From: Actinocrinis sp.
GTDB lineage: Bacteria; Actinomycetota; Actinomycetes; Streptomycetales; Catenulisporaceae
Assembly (NCBI RefSeq): GCF_035946395.1
Contig: NZ_DASYZI010000140.1
Location: forward strand, 29-64,028
DNA: 64,000 nucleotides
Direction: 5' to 3'
The translations under genes were made by a program, and so were the position numbers. Every line of letters begins with the position of its first letter. Position 1 is the stretch's first letter. Below the pieces are notes generated by a model. That model ran no database searches, was not told where the DNA came from, and was given only the letters and a program-made list of their open reading frames with translations. This document shows, in pieces, positions 1 through 9,488 of the stretch.

Positions 1-1923
1 GCACTGCCGAGCACCGCCAGTGCTGCGGCTGGAGCCGGCACGTACACCATCGTCAACAACGCCAGTGGTCTGTGCCTGGACCTGCCCGGCTCCAGTACCG
101 CCGCCGGCGTGCAACTGGACTTGCAAGCCTGCACCGGGGCAGCCAACCAGTCCTGGACCCTGACTGCTTCCGGTAGTGGGTTCGCCATCACCACTCCGGT
201 CAGTGGTCTGTGTCTGGGCATCATCGGCAACAGCACTTCCGCTGGCAAAGCTGTTCAAACCCAGGCCTGCAACAACACCACCATCCAGCAATGGACCCCC
301 ACCCCCAGCACCACCGGCAGCACGTTCTACCACGTGATCAACACCGGCGCTGCCAAATGCCTCAACGCCAGCAGCAGCGACACCACGCCCGGCACCCTGG
401 TCGTGCAAAACAGCTGCGACACCAGCGCCACCAAATCCTGGGACCTCAACCCCACCACCACACCCACCAACACCCCCAGCACCACCCCCACCAGCACACC
501 CAGCCCCAGCCCCAGTTCCAGTCCCACCGCATCCGCAACACCCACCCCCACCACCACAACACCACCACCGCAGCCCGGAGAACCGAGCGTGCCCGGTACG
601 TGTGCGACAGTGGCGGCGCAGCTGGCCAAGCCGAGCAACGAACTGTTCACCAGCGCGCAGGAGTCCGCGCCGCCGGACACCTCCCGCATCCAGTCGGCGC
701 TGAACACCTGTGCCGGCACCGGGAAGGCGGTGGAGCTTCAGGTGAGCGGCGGCAACTCGGCGTTCCTGTCCGGGCCGCTGACGATCAACGCCAGTGAGGT
801 GCTGCTGGTCGATACCGGCGTCACGCTGTACGCCTCCCGCAACCCCGCCGACTACCAGATCTCCGGCCAGCCGACCTGCGGCACCATCGGCGCCGCGGAC
901 GGCAGCACGATGGGCACCGCCACCGGCTGCCTGCCGTTCATCGCCATCCGCGGCGACAGTTCCGGCGTCATGGGCACGCAGAGCGGCTCCGGTTCGCAGG
1001 GCACCATCAACGGCCGCGGCGACCAGGACATGCTCAACACCAGCACCACTTGGTGGGCGCTGGCCGAATCGGCGCACAGCGACACCACCAAGCAGCAGGA
1101 GAACCCCAAGCTGATCACGGTCTACGGCGCGTCGAACGACACGCTGTACCACATCAGCCTGACCCAGTCGCCGATGTTCAACGTGCTGGTCGACGGCGGT
1201 AGCGGGTTCACCGCGTGGGGCATCCGGATCGACGAGCCGGACAACGCGCGCAACACCGACGGCGTCGATCCCGACAGCGCCAGCAACGTCCTGATCACCG
1301 ACAGCTTCATCAACGACGGTGACGACGGCGTCGCGGTCAAGGCGGACGCCGGCGGCCCGGCGACCAACATCACGGTCAGCAACAACAACTTCTGGGGCAT
1401 CCACGGCCTGTCGGTCGGCAGCCAGACCAACGGCGGGGTGTCGAACGTCACCTTCTCCGGCAACAACATCCACGGCGGCACCGACATCCACGGCACCACC
1501 GCCTCCAGCAACAACGGCGCGCGGGTCAAGAGCGACACCAGCTTCGGCGGCACCGTCACGGGCGTCAGCTTCGTCAACACCTGTGAGACCGGCGTCGAGC
1601 ACCTGATCCTCATCGACCCGCAGTACCTGAGCGGCAACGGCACGACGACCCCCAACTTCGCGGGCATCACCGTCAACGGCCTGAAGGCGGTCAGCTCCTC
1701 CTCCGGGAAGTCGACCCTCAACGGCTACTCCGCCTCGTTCCCGCTGAACCTGACCCTGGAGAACGTGCAGCTGGACGCCACCAGCGTCGCGTCCCAGTAT
1801 GCCAATATCAAGATGTACAACTCCAACATCTCGCCCTCGGGCACCGGCGTCACCGTGACCAGCTTCACCGGGACCGGCAGCGTTCCCAGCTGTAGCAGCC
1901 TTCCGGCCTGGCCCGGCCTGTAA
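1..1923 (+). CDS. Secreted GH28 polygalacturonase with N-terminal ricin-B (CBM13-like) lectin domain and Thr/Pro/Ser linker; 5'-truncated by the window edge
   Basis: Frame 1 is open from base 1 (ALPSTASAAAGAGTYTIVNNASGLCLD...). QxW ricin repeats (NQSW, IQQW, TKSW) precede a TPTS linker. GH28 catalytic motifs NTDG, GDD, GIHG and RVK are present. Confidence 0.9.
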   Translation, partial: ALPSTASAAAGAGTYTIVNNASGLCLDLPGSSTAAGVQLDLQACTGAANQSWTLTASGSGFAITTPVSGLCLGIIGNSTSAGKAVQTQACNNTTIQQWTPTPSTTGSTFYHVINTGAAKCLNASSSDTTPGTLVVQNSCDTSATKSWDLNPTTTPTNTPSTTPTSTPSPSPSSSPTASATPTPTTTTPPPQPGEPSVPGTCATVAAQLAKPSNELFTSAQESAPPDTSRIQSALNTCAGTGKAVELQVSGGNSAFLSGPLTINASEVLLVDTGVTLYASRNPADYQISGQPTCGTIGAADGSTMGTATGCLPFIAIRGDSSGVMGTQSGSGSQGTINGRGDQDMLNTSTTWWALAESAHSDTTKQQENPKLITVYGASNDTLYHISLTQSPMFNVLVDGGSGFTAWGIRIDEPDNARNTDGVDPDSASNVLITDSFINDGDDGVAVKADAGGPATNITVSNNNFWGIHGLSVGSQTNGGVSNVTFSGNNIHGGTDIHGTTASSNNGARVKSDTSFGGTVTGVSFVNTCETGVEHLILIDPQYLSGNGTTTPNFAGITVNGLKAVSSSSGKSTLNGYSASFPLNLTLENVQLDATSVASQYANIKMYNSNISPSGTGVTVTSFTGTGSVPSCSSLPAWPGL

Positions 1924-1958
1924 GCCGATCCGGACCGCCTGAAGCGCGCCGAGCGGCG

Positions 1959-1982
1959 GGCCGCCGGTACTGGCCGGCGGCC
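1959..1982 (+). terminator. GC-rich hairpin downstream of the GH28 gene
   Basis: GGCCGCCGG (1959-1967) and CCGGCGGCC (1974-1982) form an inverted repeat about 35 nt after the stop codon; there is no U-tract. Confidence 0.4.
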
Positions 1983-2083
1983 TGTCCGCACGGAACGGCC
2001 CGCAGGCGCGCACTGGTATTCGAGACCGGACAGAGTCCTCTTCGAGACCTGCACGCAAGCCTCCCGCGCTCCGGGGCGGCGGT

Positions 2084-2926
2084 GTGACGATGACTCGCAT
2101 GTCAGTGAGCGCTCCGATCGGCGTCACGCCGTCTGCCGTGCCGCCCGGCTTGTTGTCGGCCTGCCGGGACCTCGCGGTGCGCTATCGGGGGATCTACTCG
2201 CCGGAGACCGTCCTGCGTACGGCGTATGAGTCGTATCAGCTGTTCGTCGCAACATCGGGTTCGGCAATCCGGACGGGTGAAACGGCTGACGCTGTGGACA
2301 GTGATGAAACCGTGGACAGTGCAGGGGAAGCCGCGGTCGTTCACGCGACCCGTTTCGCGGCGGACTGGCTCGCTGACGCGGCGCGTGGCCGCATGGTTCA
2401 ATGCGCAGTCCAGCGCGCGGTTTCACCGATGGCGCGGCGGCCGCGCGTGCTGTTCGTATGCTTACATGGCACGGGCCGCGCCCAGATGGCGGCGGCGCTG
2501 CTGCGCCGACGTGCCGGCGGCCGGGTCGCCGTGCTGTCGGCCGGGCCGGTGGCGGGCCGTGCGATTCAGCCGACGGTCGTACGGGCCATGGCTGAACTCG
2601 GTATCGGCATATCCGAGGAGTATCCGCAGCCGCTGCTCGACGACATCGTGCGAGCCACGGATGTCGTCGTCACGATGGGTTGCGGTGACATCTGCCCGGT
2701 CTATCTGGGCAAACGGTATCTCGACTGGCAGCTGCGCGATGCGGTCGGGAACGGCGTCGCGGCGGTTCGATCCGTCCGGGACCAGATCGATGAGCGCGTG
2801 GAACACCTGCTGGAGGAGATGACGGCGAATCGCGCGCGGCGATCCGGACGTGCGGACCATTCGCAGAATACGCACCGTGGTGAGGCCATCGAAGTGATGG
2901 CCTCACCACGGTCGTGCCCGAACTAG
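2084..2926 (+). CDS. ArsC/low-molecular-weight phosphatase family protein with N-terminal helical extension and divergent P-loop
   Basis: RVLFVCLHGTGRAQMA is a CX5R loop; VVTMGCGDICP and YLDWQL.D match actinobacterial ArsC. Confidence 0.8.
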   Translation: MTMTRMSVSAPIGVTPSAVPPGLLSACRDLAVRYRGIYSPETVLRTAYESYQLFVATSGSAIRTGETADAVDSDETVDSAGEAAVVHATRFAADWLADAARGRMVQCAVQRAVSPMARRPRVLFVCLHGTGRAQMAAALLRRRAGGRVAVLSAGPVAGRAIQPTVVRAMAELGIGISEEYPQPLLDDIVRATDVVVTMGCGDICPVYLGKRYLDWQLRDAVGNGVAAVRSVRDQIDERVEHLLEEMTANRARRSGRADHSQNTHRGEAIEVMASPRSCPN

Positions 2927-2979
2927 GAAAGCTTGGAGAAGGCCGGGATCCGGCCGCCAGCAGGAGCCGTCAGGAGCTG

Positions 2980-3873
2980 TCAGGAGCCGAGAGCGGCCTC
3001 GACGGCCCTGGCCATCGCGGCTTCGCCTGCCGCGTTCGGATGGAAGGGCGCGGCGGCCGCGAGCGGTATGGCGCCCTCGATCCACTTCGTCCCGGGCAGC
3101 TGGCAGATGTCGTGCCCGATCGTCGGCGTGTACGTATCTACGTACCGTGCGTTGTTCGCGGCGGCGACGGTGGCGAGCATCGCGTTGAGCCGCTTCTCGG
3201 TCGCCCTCAGGTACGACACGTCGCCATACGCGAGAGGCTGGAGCGGCCAGCAGCCGTTGTTGTACTCGGGCAGGATGTCCGGATAGCCGACCACCAAGAC
3301 CCCGGCCTGCGGGGCACGCTGGTGGATGGCTTGCAGCACGGCGGCGACTTTCGGCGCGGTCGCGTTGATCGCGGCGGTGAGCTGGTCGGTGCCGCCCGTG
3401 GTGTAGTGATCGGTGCAGGGGTCGCCGAACGGGCTGGTCAGGCTCTCGGCCGCGCAGGTCAGGATGATGTTGAGGAAGCCGATGTCGTTGCCGCTGATGC
3501 CCAGGGTGACCAGGCTGTCGGCGGAGGTGACCGCGTTCAGCTGCGGACCATTGATGGTGATCGGGCCGTCGGCCTGGGAGTGTGCCATGTTGTCGGTGGT
3601 CGCGCCGGCGCAGCTGGCGTCGGAGAACGCCGAGAAGCCGCGTGCGCCCGCGACCAGCGACGGGTAGTTGCGGTCGGAGCGAAGACAACCGAGGTCGACC
3701 TGGTTCGGGATGAGCGGGCCGGACACGTACGAGTCGCCGAGGGACACGTATGCGCCGGTGGGAGCAGCCGCGGCGGCGGTCGCGGTCGTGGCGGCGAGTA
3801 ATAGCGCGCCGCCGATGACCGCCGCGGTGCGAGTGCGCATGGCGAGAGGCATGGGGGACTCCAAGCGCGACAA
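2980..3873 (-). CDS. Secreted SGNH/GDSL lipase-esterase (start probably 3852 or 3840)
   Basis: Signal peptide; SLGDSY (block I), GNDIGF (block III) and D..HPN (block V). Confidence 0.92.
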   Translation of the reverse strand: MSRLESPMPLAMRTRTAAVIGGALLLAATTATAAAAAPTGAYVSLGDSYVSGPLIPNQVDLGCLRSDRNYPSLVAGARGFSAFSDASCAGATTDNMAHSQADGPITINGPQLNAVTSADSLVTLGISGNDIGFLNIILTCAAESLTSPFGDPCTDHYTTGGTDQLTAAINATAPKVAAVLQAIHQRAPQAGVLVVGYPDILPEYNNGCWPLQPLAYGDVSYLRATEKRLNAMLATVAAANNARYVDTYTPTIGHDICQLPGTKWIEGAIPLAAAAPFHPNAAGEAAMARAVEAALGS

Positions 3874-3948
3874 GATGAAGGTTGACGAGTGCGAGTAGTG
3901 GGTTACTCGCCAGTAGCTATGCAGCTGCCGGTGATACTGGACGCCCCG

Positions 3949-4794
3949 TTACCTCACGTCAACAAGGCTGCCGTGCTCAACGTCCTGCTTGGCCAGGTCT
4001 TTACGCGCCGTCACGTGCCGCCGCAACAGCGTCCTTACGGTCCGCTGCGCGATCAGCGCCGCGACGAGCAGCACCACCGCGACGATCCCGTCGGCCCAGT
4101 AGTGATTCCCGGTGGCCGTGACGACGAATATGGTCGCAGCCGCGTGCGCCATGCCCAGGTAACGCCATCGTGAAGTGCTGACCCGGTATGCGCACACGGC
4201 GACCAGCACGGCCCAGCCCACGTGCACCGACGGCATCGCCGAGAGCTGGTCGGGATCGAACCCGCCGGCCGCGCTGTAGACCGACTGCCCGTACTTCACC
4301 GCGGTGTCGACCATGTCCAGGCCCGGGATCATCCGCGGCGGGGCGACCGGGATCAGCTGGATCAACAGGCACGCCGCGGTGACCAGGGCGATCGTGGTGC
4401 GCCAGCGCGAATAGGCCTCCTGATGCCAGGCGAACAGCCAGACCAGGAAGAAGATCATCACGCCGAAGTGCATGATGTCGTAGTACAGGTTCGCGGCCTG
4501 GACGATGACCGGATGGGGCAGGATCCACCCCTGGACCGTGCGCTCGCTCGGCAGCAGCGCCGAGCGCTCGGTGTTCCAGATCCACTGCCCCCGCCCGACC
4601 GCGGCGTACGTTCCCGAACCCGCCAGCGAGCCGGCGAACTGCCATAGCCCGTACAACCCGATGATCAGCGCGGTCTCGCGCAGAAACGGCTGGGCGCGCT
4701 GCCAGGCCCGCAGCCGCCGCAACACGACCCAGCCGGCCGTGAGCAATCCGGCGACGGCCACGGCCTCCTGCCAGGTCCACATCAGGTTCGGCAT
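3949..4794 (-). CDS. PAP2-family (AUR1/PAP2_3-like) integral membrane phosphoesterase or phosphotransferase
   Basis: Multiple TM segments; PVAPPR, AMPSVHVGWA and TGNHYWADG motifs. Confidence 0.85.
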   Translation of the reverse strand: MPNLMWTWQEAVAVAGLLTAGWVVLRRLRAWQRAQPFLRETALIIGLYGLWQFAGSLAGSGTYAAVGRGQWIWNTERSALLPSERTVQGWILPHPVIVQAANLYYDIMHFGVMIFFLVWLFAWHQEAYSRWRTTIALVTAACLLIQLIPVAPPRMIPGLDMVDTAVKYGQSVYSAAGGFDPDQLSAMPSVHVGWAVLVAVCAYRVSTSRWRYLGMAHAAATIFVVTATGNHYWADGIVAVVLLVAALIAQRTVRTLLRRHVTARKDLAKQDVEHGSLVDVR

Positions 4795-4846
4795 GCTCGG
4801 CCATTCTGCTAAGCGGTGATCCGGACTCGGCTGATTATCCGATCTT

Positions 4847-5557
4847 ATGAGTCAAGGGACTTGGATGAGTGTTGCTGCCGGATACTCGGGCCCGGGCGGC
4901 AAGATGGGGCTTATGTTCTGGATTGTTGCCCGTACCCTGTTTCGTACTGCCGGCGAAGTGATGATCACATGCGGCGTGGTCATTCTGCTGTACATCGTCT
5001 ACCTGCTGTGGTGGACCGACGTCGTCGCACACCGGGCGGCTGCGGGCAATGTGTGCGAGCTGGGCCGGGCGTGGGCGAAGTCGGAGTCGATCGTGCCGGC
5101 GCCGGGACAGCCGTTCGCCACGATCCAGATCCCCGGCATCCGCAATCCGGAGACCTGGCCGGTGCTCGACGGCATCAAGCAGCCGGAGCTGATGCAGGGC
5201 GTCGGCTGGTATCCGACGACCCAGCTGCCCGGCCGGGCCGGCAACTTCGCGGTCGCGGCGCATCGGCGCACGTGGGGCGACATGTTCCGCTACCTCGACG
5301 AGGTGAAGGCCGGCGACAAGATCGTGGTGCGCGAGGGCAACACCGTGTACACGTACCGCATCGTCAAGGATCCCGTGTACATGCCGGCGACGGCCGTCGA
5401 AGTGCTCGCCCCGATTCCCGGCCGCTCGGGCCTGAGCCGGCCGGGCAGCTACATCACGCTCACCACCTGCGATCCGGTGTTCAACGCCTACCGGAGGATG
5501 GCCGTGTTCGGCACGCTGGAGTCCGAGCACACGACCGCGAGCGTTCAGGTCTGCTGA
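4847..5557 (+). CDS. Class E sortase (start uncertain)
   Basis: N-terminal TM anchor; GNFAVAAHR (His), ITLTTC (Cys) and a downstream RR (Arg). Confidence 0.9.
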   Translation: MSQGTWMSVAAGYSGPGGKMGLMFWIVARTLFRTAGEVMITCGVVILLYIVYLLWWTDVVAHRAAAGNVCELGRAWAKSESIVPAPGQPFATIQIPGIRNPETWPVLDGIKQPELMQGVGWYPTTQLPGRAGNFAVAAHRRTWGDMFRYLDEVKAGDKIVVREGNTVYTYRIVKDPVYMPATAVEVLAPIPGRSGLSRPGSYITLTTCDPVFNAYRRMAVFGTLESEHTTASVQVC

Positions 5558-5643
5558 ATGCGCAGTGCTGATCGCGGGCAGGCTGCGTGCTTCACATCTG
5601 CGGTTAACGGTCCGTTCCCACGGTCCGGTTAGACTCCGCGATC

Positions 5644-6288
5644 ATGCGCTTCGAGGTGGACGCCCTGCTGTTCGACATGGACGGAACGCTGGTCGACTCC
5701 ACGGCTTCGGTCCTGCGCAGCTGGGACACGGTGTCCGCCGAGTTCGCGATTCCCGGCGAACTTCTCGCCGTGGTGCCCCGGCACGGCCGCCCGGCTACCG
5801 AGATCCTCGCCGATCTGGTGCCTCCCGACGTCATCGGTCCGGCCGCCGCACGGCTGGACGAGTTGGAGATGACCGATACCGCCGACGTCAAGTTGCTGCC
5901 CGGTGCCGCGCAGCTCATGGCTGCCGCTCCGCTCGGGCGCTGGGCCGTGGTCACCTCGGCCGGGCGCGCGCTCGCCCGGATCCGGCTGGCTGCCGCGGGG
6001 ATCGACGCGCCGCGCGTCGTCACGATCGACGACGTGAGCCGTGGCAAGCCGGACCCCGAGCCCTTCCTGCTCGGCGCGAAGCTGCTCGGCGTCTCGCCGG
6101 AACGGTGCCTGGTCTTCGAGGATGCTCCGGCCGGGCTCGCGGCGGCGCGCGCCGCCGGGGCGAGCACCGTCGCCGTAACGACCACGCACACCGCCGATCA
6201 GCTTGAAGCCGATCTGATCGTCCCGGATCTGACGGCGGTCCACATCGAGCGGGGCGGCGACGGGCAGCTTGTCGTACTGCGGCGGTGA
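5644..6288 (+). CDS. HAD-superfamily sugar phosphatase
   Basis: FDMDGTLVDS (motif I), VVTS, GKPDPEPF and FEDAPAG. Confidence 0.92.
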   Translation: MRFEVDALLFDMDGTLVDSTASVLRSWDTVSAEFAIPGELLAVVPRHGRPATEILADLVPPDVIGPAAARLDELEMTDTADVKLLPGAAQLMAAAPLGRWAVVTSAGRALARIRLAAAGIDAPRVVTIDDVSRGKPDPEPFLLGAKLLGVSPERCLVFEDAPAGLAAARAAGASTVAVTTTHTADQLEADLIVPDLTAVHIERGGDGQLVVLRR

Positions 6289-6324
6289 CGTTCGGTTCGC
6301 AGCCATTCAGCGACTATTCCGCGA

Positions 6325-9312
6325 CTATTGCGCCGCAATGCCGCCGAGGCCGGGCTCTGACTTGCGCCGCCGCCTGATCCACCACGCCTCGCCTATGACA
6401 ACAGCCACCAGGATCACCGCCGTCCCGGCCGTGAGCGTGTACGCGATGGTTCCGTGCGGTGCGGCGAAGTTCAGGGTGACGGTGTGCGTTCCTGCCGGGA
6501 CCGAGACGGCTACCACGCCCTCGTCGGCGGGGAGCAGTGGTGCCTTCTTGCCGTCCACGGCGGCCGTCCAGCCGACCTGGTCCGCGTCCGCAACTACCAG
6601 ATAGCCCTGGCCGTTCGCGTTCACCGTGGCGGACACGGTGTCGAGGCCGTCCTCGTCCACGTCCACCGAGGCGGGCTGGCCGGCGGCCTGCGGGCCGCCG
6701 CTGGAGAGCAGCACCGAGTCGCCGTCAACCTGCCCGGCGGCGAGCATCTGCACGCGCTGGTTCTGATCGGTGACGACCTGGCTGTTCGACGCCCAGCGGA
6801 TGCGCGGCTGCGCGGTCGTGCGCTGGTAGATCGCGCTGGTGCCCACGTGCACCAGCTTCAGGCCGTCGGCGGCCCCGGCCACCGTGGTCAGCGCCGGAGC
6901 GGCGCCGTTGGTCGCGGCCAGCGTCAGCGGGGCGGTGGCGTGCAGGGTGATCGTCGCGGTCAGCCGGGTGCCGGAGGCCACCGAGTCGGCCGTCACCGGG
7001 AACAGGAACGGGTCGCTCGTGTTCAGCTCGTTGGTCATCCGCTTGGACTGGGCCACCTGCGTCCCGGACGGGTCGCGCAGCGTGACCTGGATCCAGCTGT
7101 CCGGATCGCTGGCGCCCAGGGCGTCGGGGATCGTGCCCTGTGCCGTGATGCCGACGCCGCGCAGCGCCCCGATCGCCGGGACCGGCTCGCTGACCGACTG
7201 CCCGGGGCGCAGGGTGAGCTGGGAGCCGTCGCTCTTCGCCGCGGTCTCGGTGCCCAGGATCGGGTCGCTGAGCGCGGTCACGAAGTACTTCGTGCCGAGC
7301 GTGTCGAGGATCGGGCTGGTGGCCGCGGCGGTCGAAGCGTCGATGTCGATGTAGGTCGCGAACGGCACCGGGTTGCCCGGGATGCCCTTGAGCAGCGCGG
7401 TGAACGCGGTGTTGATGAACGCGTGCCCGTCGACCGAGCGCAGGTCGTATGCCACGTTCGTGCCGAAGACCATTCCGCTGCCGCCCGCCGCGTACCGCTG
7501 CTCGCCGAGGTTCGCGGCCAGATACGAGTGGGTGTCGGTGACCGGGTAGAACGTGTCGGTGCTCGACTTCGGATAGTACTCGGTCAGCAGGTTGATGCTC
7601 TGGCCCGCGATCAGCAGCGGCAGCGCCGCGGCGGCGGCGAAGCGGATCCTGCGCCACGTCCGCTCGCCGCCGGGCAGTTCCCGCCGCCGCGCCGCGATCC
7701 ACAGCAGCGCCACGCAGGCGATCGCGGCCAGGATCAGCAGCCACGAGTAGATCATCTGGTGCCAGAACGTCGGCCACGGCGTGCCCGGGGCGTGCGCCTG
7801 CCTGAGCAGCCGCTGCTCGGTGCGCGAGTCCTTAACGCCGAAGTACATCAGGACCGCGGTGACCCCCGTCGTGACCACCACGACGCCGGCCGCCCAGCGT
7901 GTGCCGGACCGGGACCGGGCCGCCGCGCGGTGCCGCAGCAGCAGTTCGAAGCCGACGCCGGCCAGCACGGCCAGCAGGAAGCCGAGCACGCTGCGGGAGC
8001 GGCCGATGTAGTTGATCGAGAACACGGAGCGCAGTCCCGGCAGGTCCTGCACCGCCACCAGCGGCCAGCCGCCGAGGTAGATCAGCCCGCCCCAGGCCAG
8101 CGTCGCGGCGGCGAAGAAGACCCACACGCCGCGCGGCAGCATCGCGCGCGCCGAGCGCTGCAACGCGAAGGCCACCAGCACCAGGACCGCCGCCGCCGCG
8201 CTGATGTAGCTCAGCGACTCGACGAGGTTGGGGCCGACGTAGGACACCGGCGGGTTGTTCGCGTTGACACCGCCGAAGGCCCAGGGGGCGAACGCGGTCA
8301 GCAGGGTGGTCGGGTCGAGGTGCTGTGCACCGTTCTGCGCACGGCCGTCGGTGTACCAACTGTGCAGGAATGCGGAGAACGGCAGTAGCTGGAACGCGGC
8401 CAGCCCCACGCCCGCCGCCGCGCCCAGGCCGGTGCCGACGAGCGGCCGCCATGCCTTGCGCAGCGTGGAACGGTGCTCGACGGCGATGCGCGTCAGTGCG
8501 TACGCACCCGCGGTCAGTACCGCGTAACCGGCGACTGCGGGGAAGCCGCCGAGCAGCATCGAAGCGAGCGGGAGGGGGATCAGCGCCGCGTCGCGCAGCC
8601 GCCGCTCCTGAAGGTACCGCTCGATCGTCCAGAACAGCGCTGGAATGAAGGCCGCCACCCGGGTCTGCGGGAAGTTCAGCCACGCGACCACGAAGCCGCT
8701 GGTCGCGAACACCATGCCGGCCGTGATCGCGGCTGGACGGGACAGCTTGAGCCGGCGCAGGAACAGGTAGCAGCCGCCGACGCAGACGAGGACCTCAAGC
8801 AGCCGCTCGTAGGCCGGGGCAAGCCACGTCGGCAGCGCGTAATAGACGAGCGAGAGCGGGGAGGCCAGCGCGTAGTTCGGCGTCGAGGCGAGCGGCACGC
8901 CGCCGCTCATGTACGGATCCCACTGGCCGTTGGTCAGGCCGCCCTTGAGCGCCGACTTGTACAGGATGACGCTGGGAAAGAGCGAGGTGTACGTATCGTC
9001 GAGGTATGCGTTGGTTGTCGTGCTCCCGACGAATCCGGACTCGGCGTAAGGACTCTCGCCGACCATCTCGCTGGTCGAGGTCAGGGACGAGGTGCCGATC
9101 AGCGGAGTGCCGATGCCCCAGAGCGCGAACAGCGCCACGGCGAGGAGCGAGACCACGGTCAGCGCGGCCGGCCGCCGCCGTGCGCCGGAGCGGGCCGCCT
9201 GGCCGTCCCCGCTCGCCGCGCCGTCGGGCACCTCGCCCGGACGGCCCTGCACAGCGCTGGGGTTCTCGGTGGTCACGGCGTCGGTTTCCCTGGTCATCTG
9301 TTCCCGTTGCAA
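6325..9312 (-). CDS. YfhO-family polytopic membrane protein (GT-C-type glycosyltransferase)
   Basis: About 995 aa with many TM helices. W.PY...G.P.AS.P in the first loop, a large extracytoplasmic domain, a C-terminal ...GWTA.VDGKKA......V.VPAGTH.V segment and a final TM match the YfhO architecture. Confidence 0.8.
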   Translation of the reverse strand: MQREQMTRETDAVTTENPSAVQGRPGEVPDGAASGDGQAARSGARRRPAALTVVSLLAVALFALWGIGTPLIGTSSLTSTSEMVGESPYAESGFVGSTTTNAYLDDTYTSLFPSVILYKSALKGGLTNGQWDPYMSGGVPLASTPNYALASPLSLVYYALPTWLAPAYERLLEVLVCVGGCYLFLRRLKLSRPAAITAGMVFATSGFVVAWLNFPQTRVAAFIPALFWTIERYLQERRLRDAALIPLPLASMLLGGFPAVAGYAVLTAGAYALTRIAVEHRSTLRKAWRPLVGTGLGAAAGVGLAAFQLLPFSAFLHSWYTDGRAQNGAQHLDPTTLLTAFAPWAFGGVNANNPPVSYVGPNLVESLSYISAAAAVLVLVAFALQRSARAMLPRGVWVFFAAATLAWGGLIYLGGWPLVAVQDLPGLRSVFSINYIGRSRSVLGFLLAVLAGVGFELLLRHRAAARSRSGTRWAAGVVVVTTGVTAVLMYFGVKDSRTEQRLLRQAHAPGTPWPTFWHQMIYSWLLILAAIACVALLWIAARRRELPGGERTWRRIRFAAAAALPLLIAGQSINLLTEYYPKSSTDTFYPVTDTHSYLAANLGEQRYAAGGSGMVFGTNVAYDLRSVDGHAFINTAFTALLKGIPGNPVPFATYIDIDASTAAATSPILDTLGTKYFVTALSDPILGTETAAKSDGSQLTLRPGQSVSEPVPAIGALRGVGITAQGTIPDALGASDPDSWIQVTLRDPSGTQVAQSKRMTNELNTSDPFLFPVTADSVASGTRLTATITLHATAPLTLAATNGAAPALTTVAGAADGLKLVHVGTSAIYQRTTAQPRIRWASNSQVVTDQNQRVQMLAAGQVDGDSVLLSSGGPQAAGQPASVDVDEDGLDTVSATVNANGQGYLVVADADQVGWTAAVDGKKAPLLPADEGVVAVSVPAGTHTVTLNFAAPHGTIAYTLTAGTAVILVAVVIGEAWWIRRRRKSEPGLGGIAAQ

Positions 9313-9488
9313 GTTCGGAAGCGGCGGCGTGCGCGGCCGGGACTGAGCGAAGATAGAGAGCCAGCATGAAGGCTAGCTGAGCCTCTCCTGCCGCAGGGCG
9401 AAGAGTTCCGGCGGGCGCGTGGCCAAACGTTAGCAGCGCTGACTACCCTGGGGACGCCCACGGTCCAACTGGAAGGGAACCTGCACGA

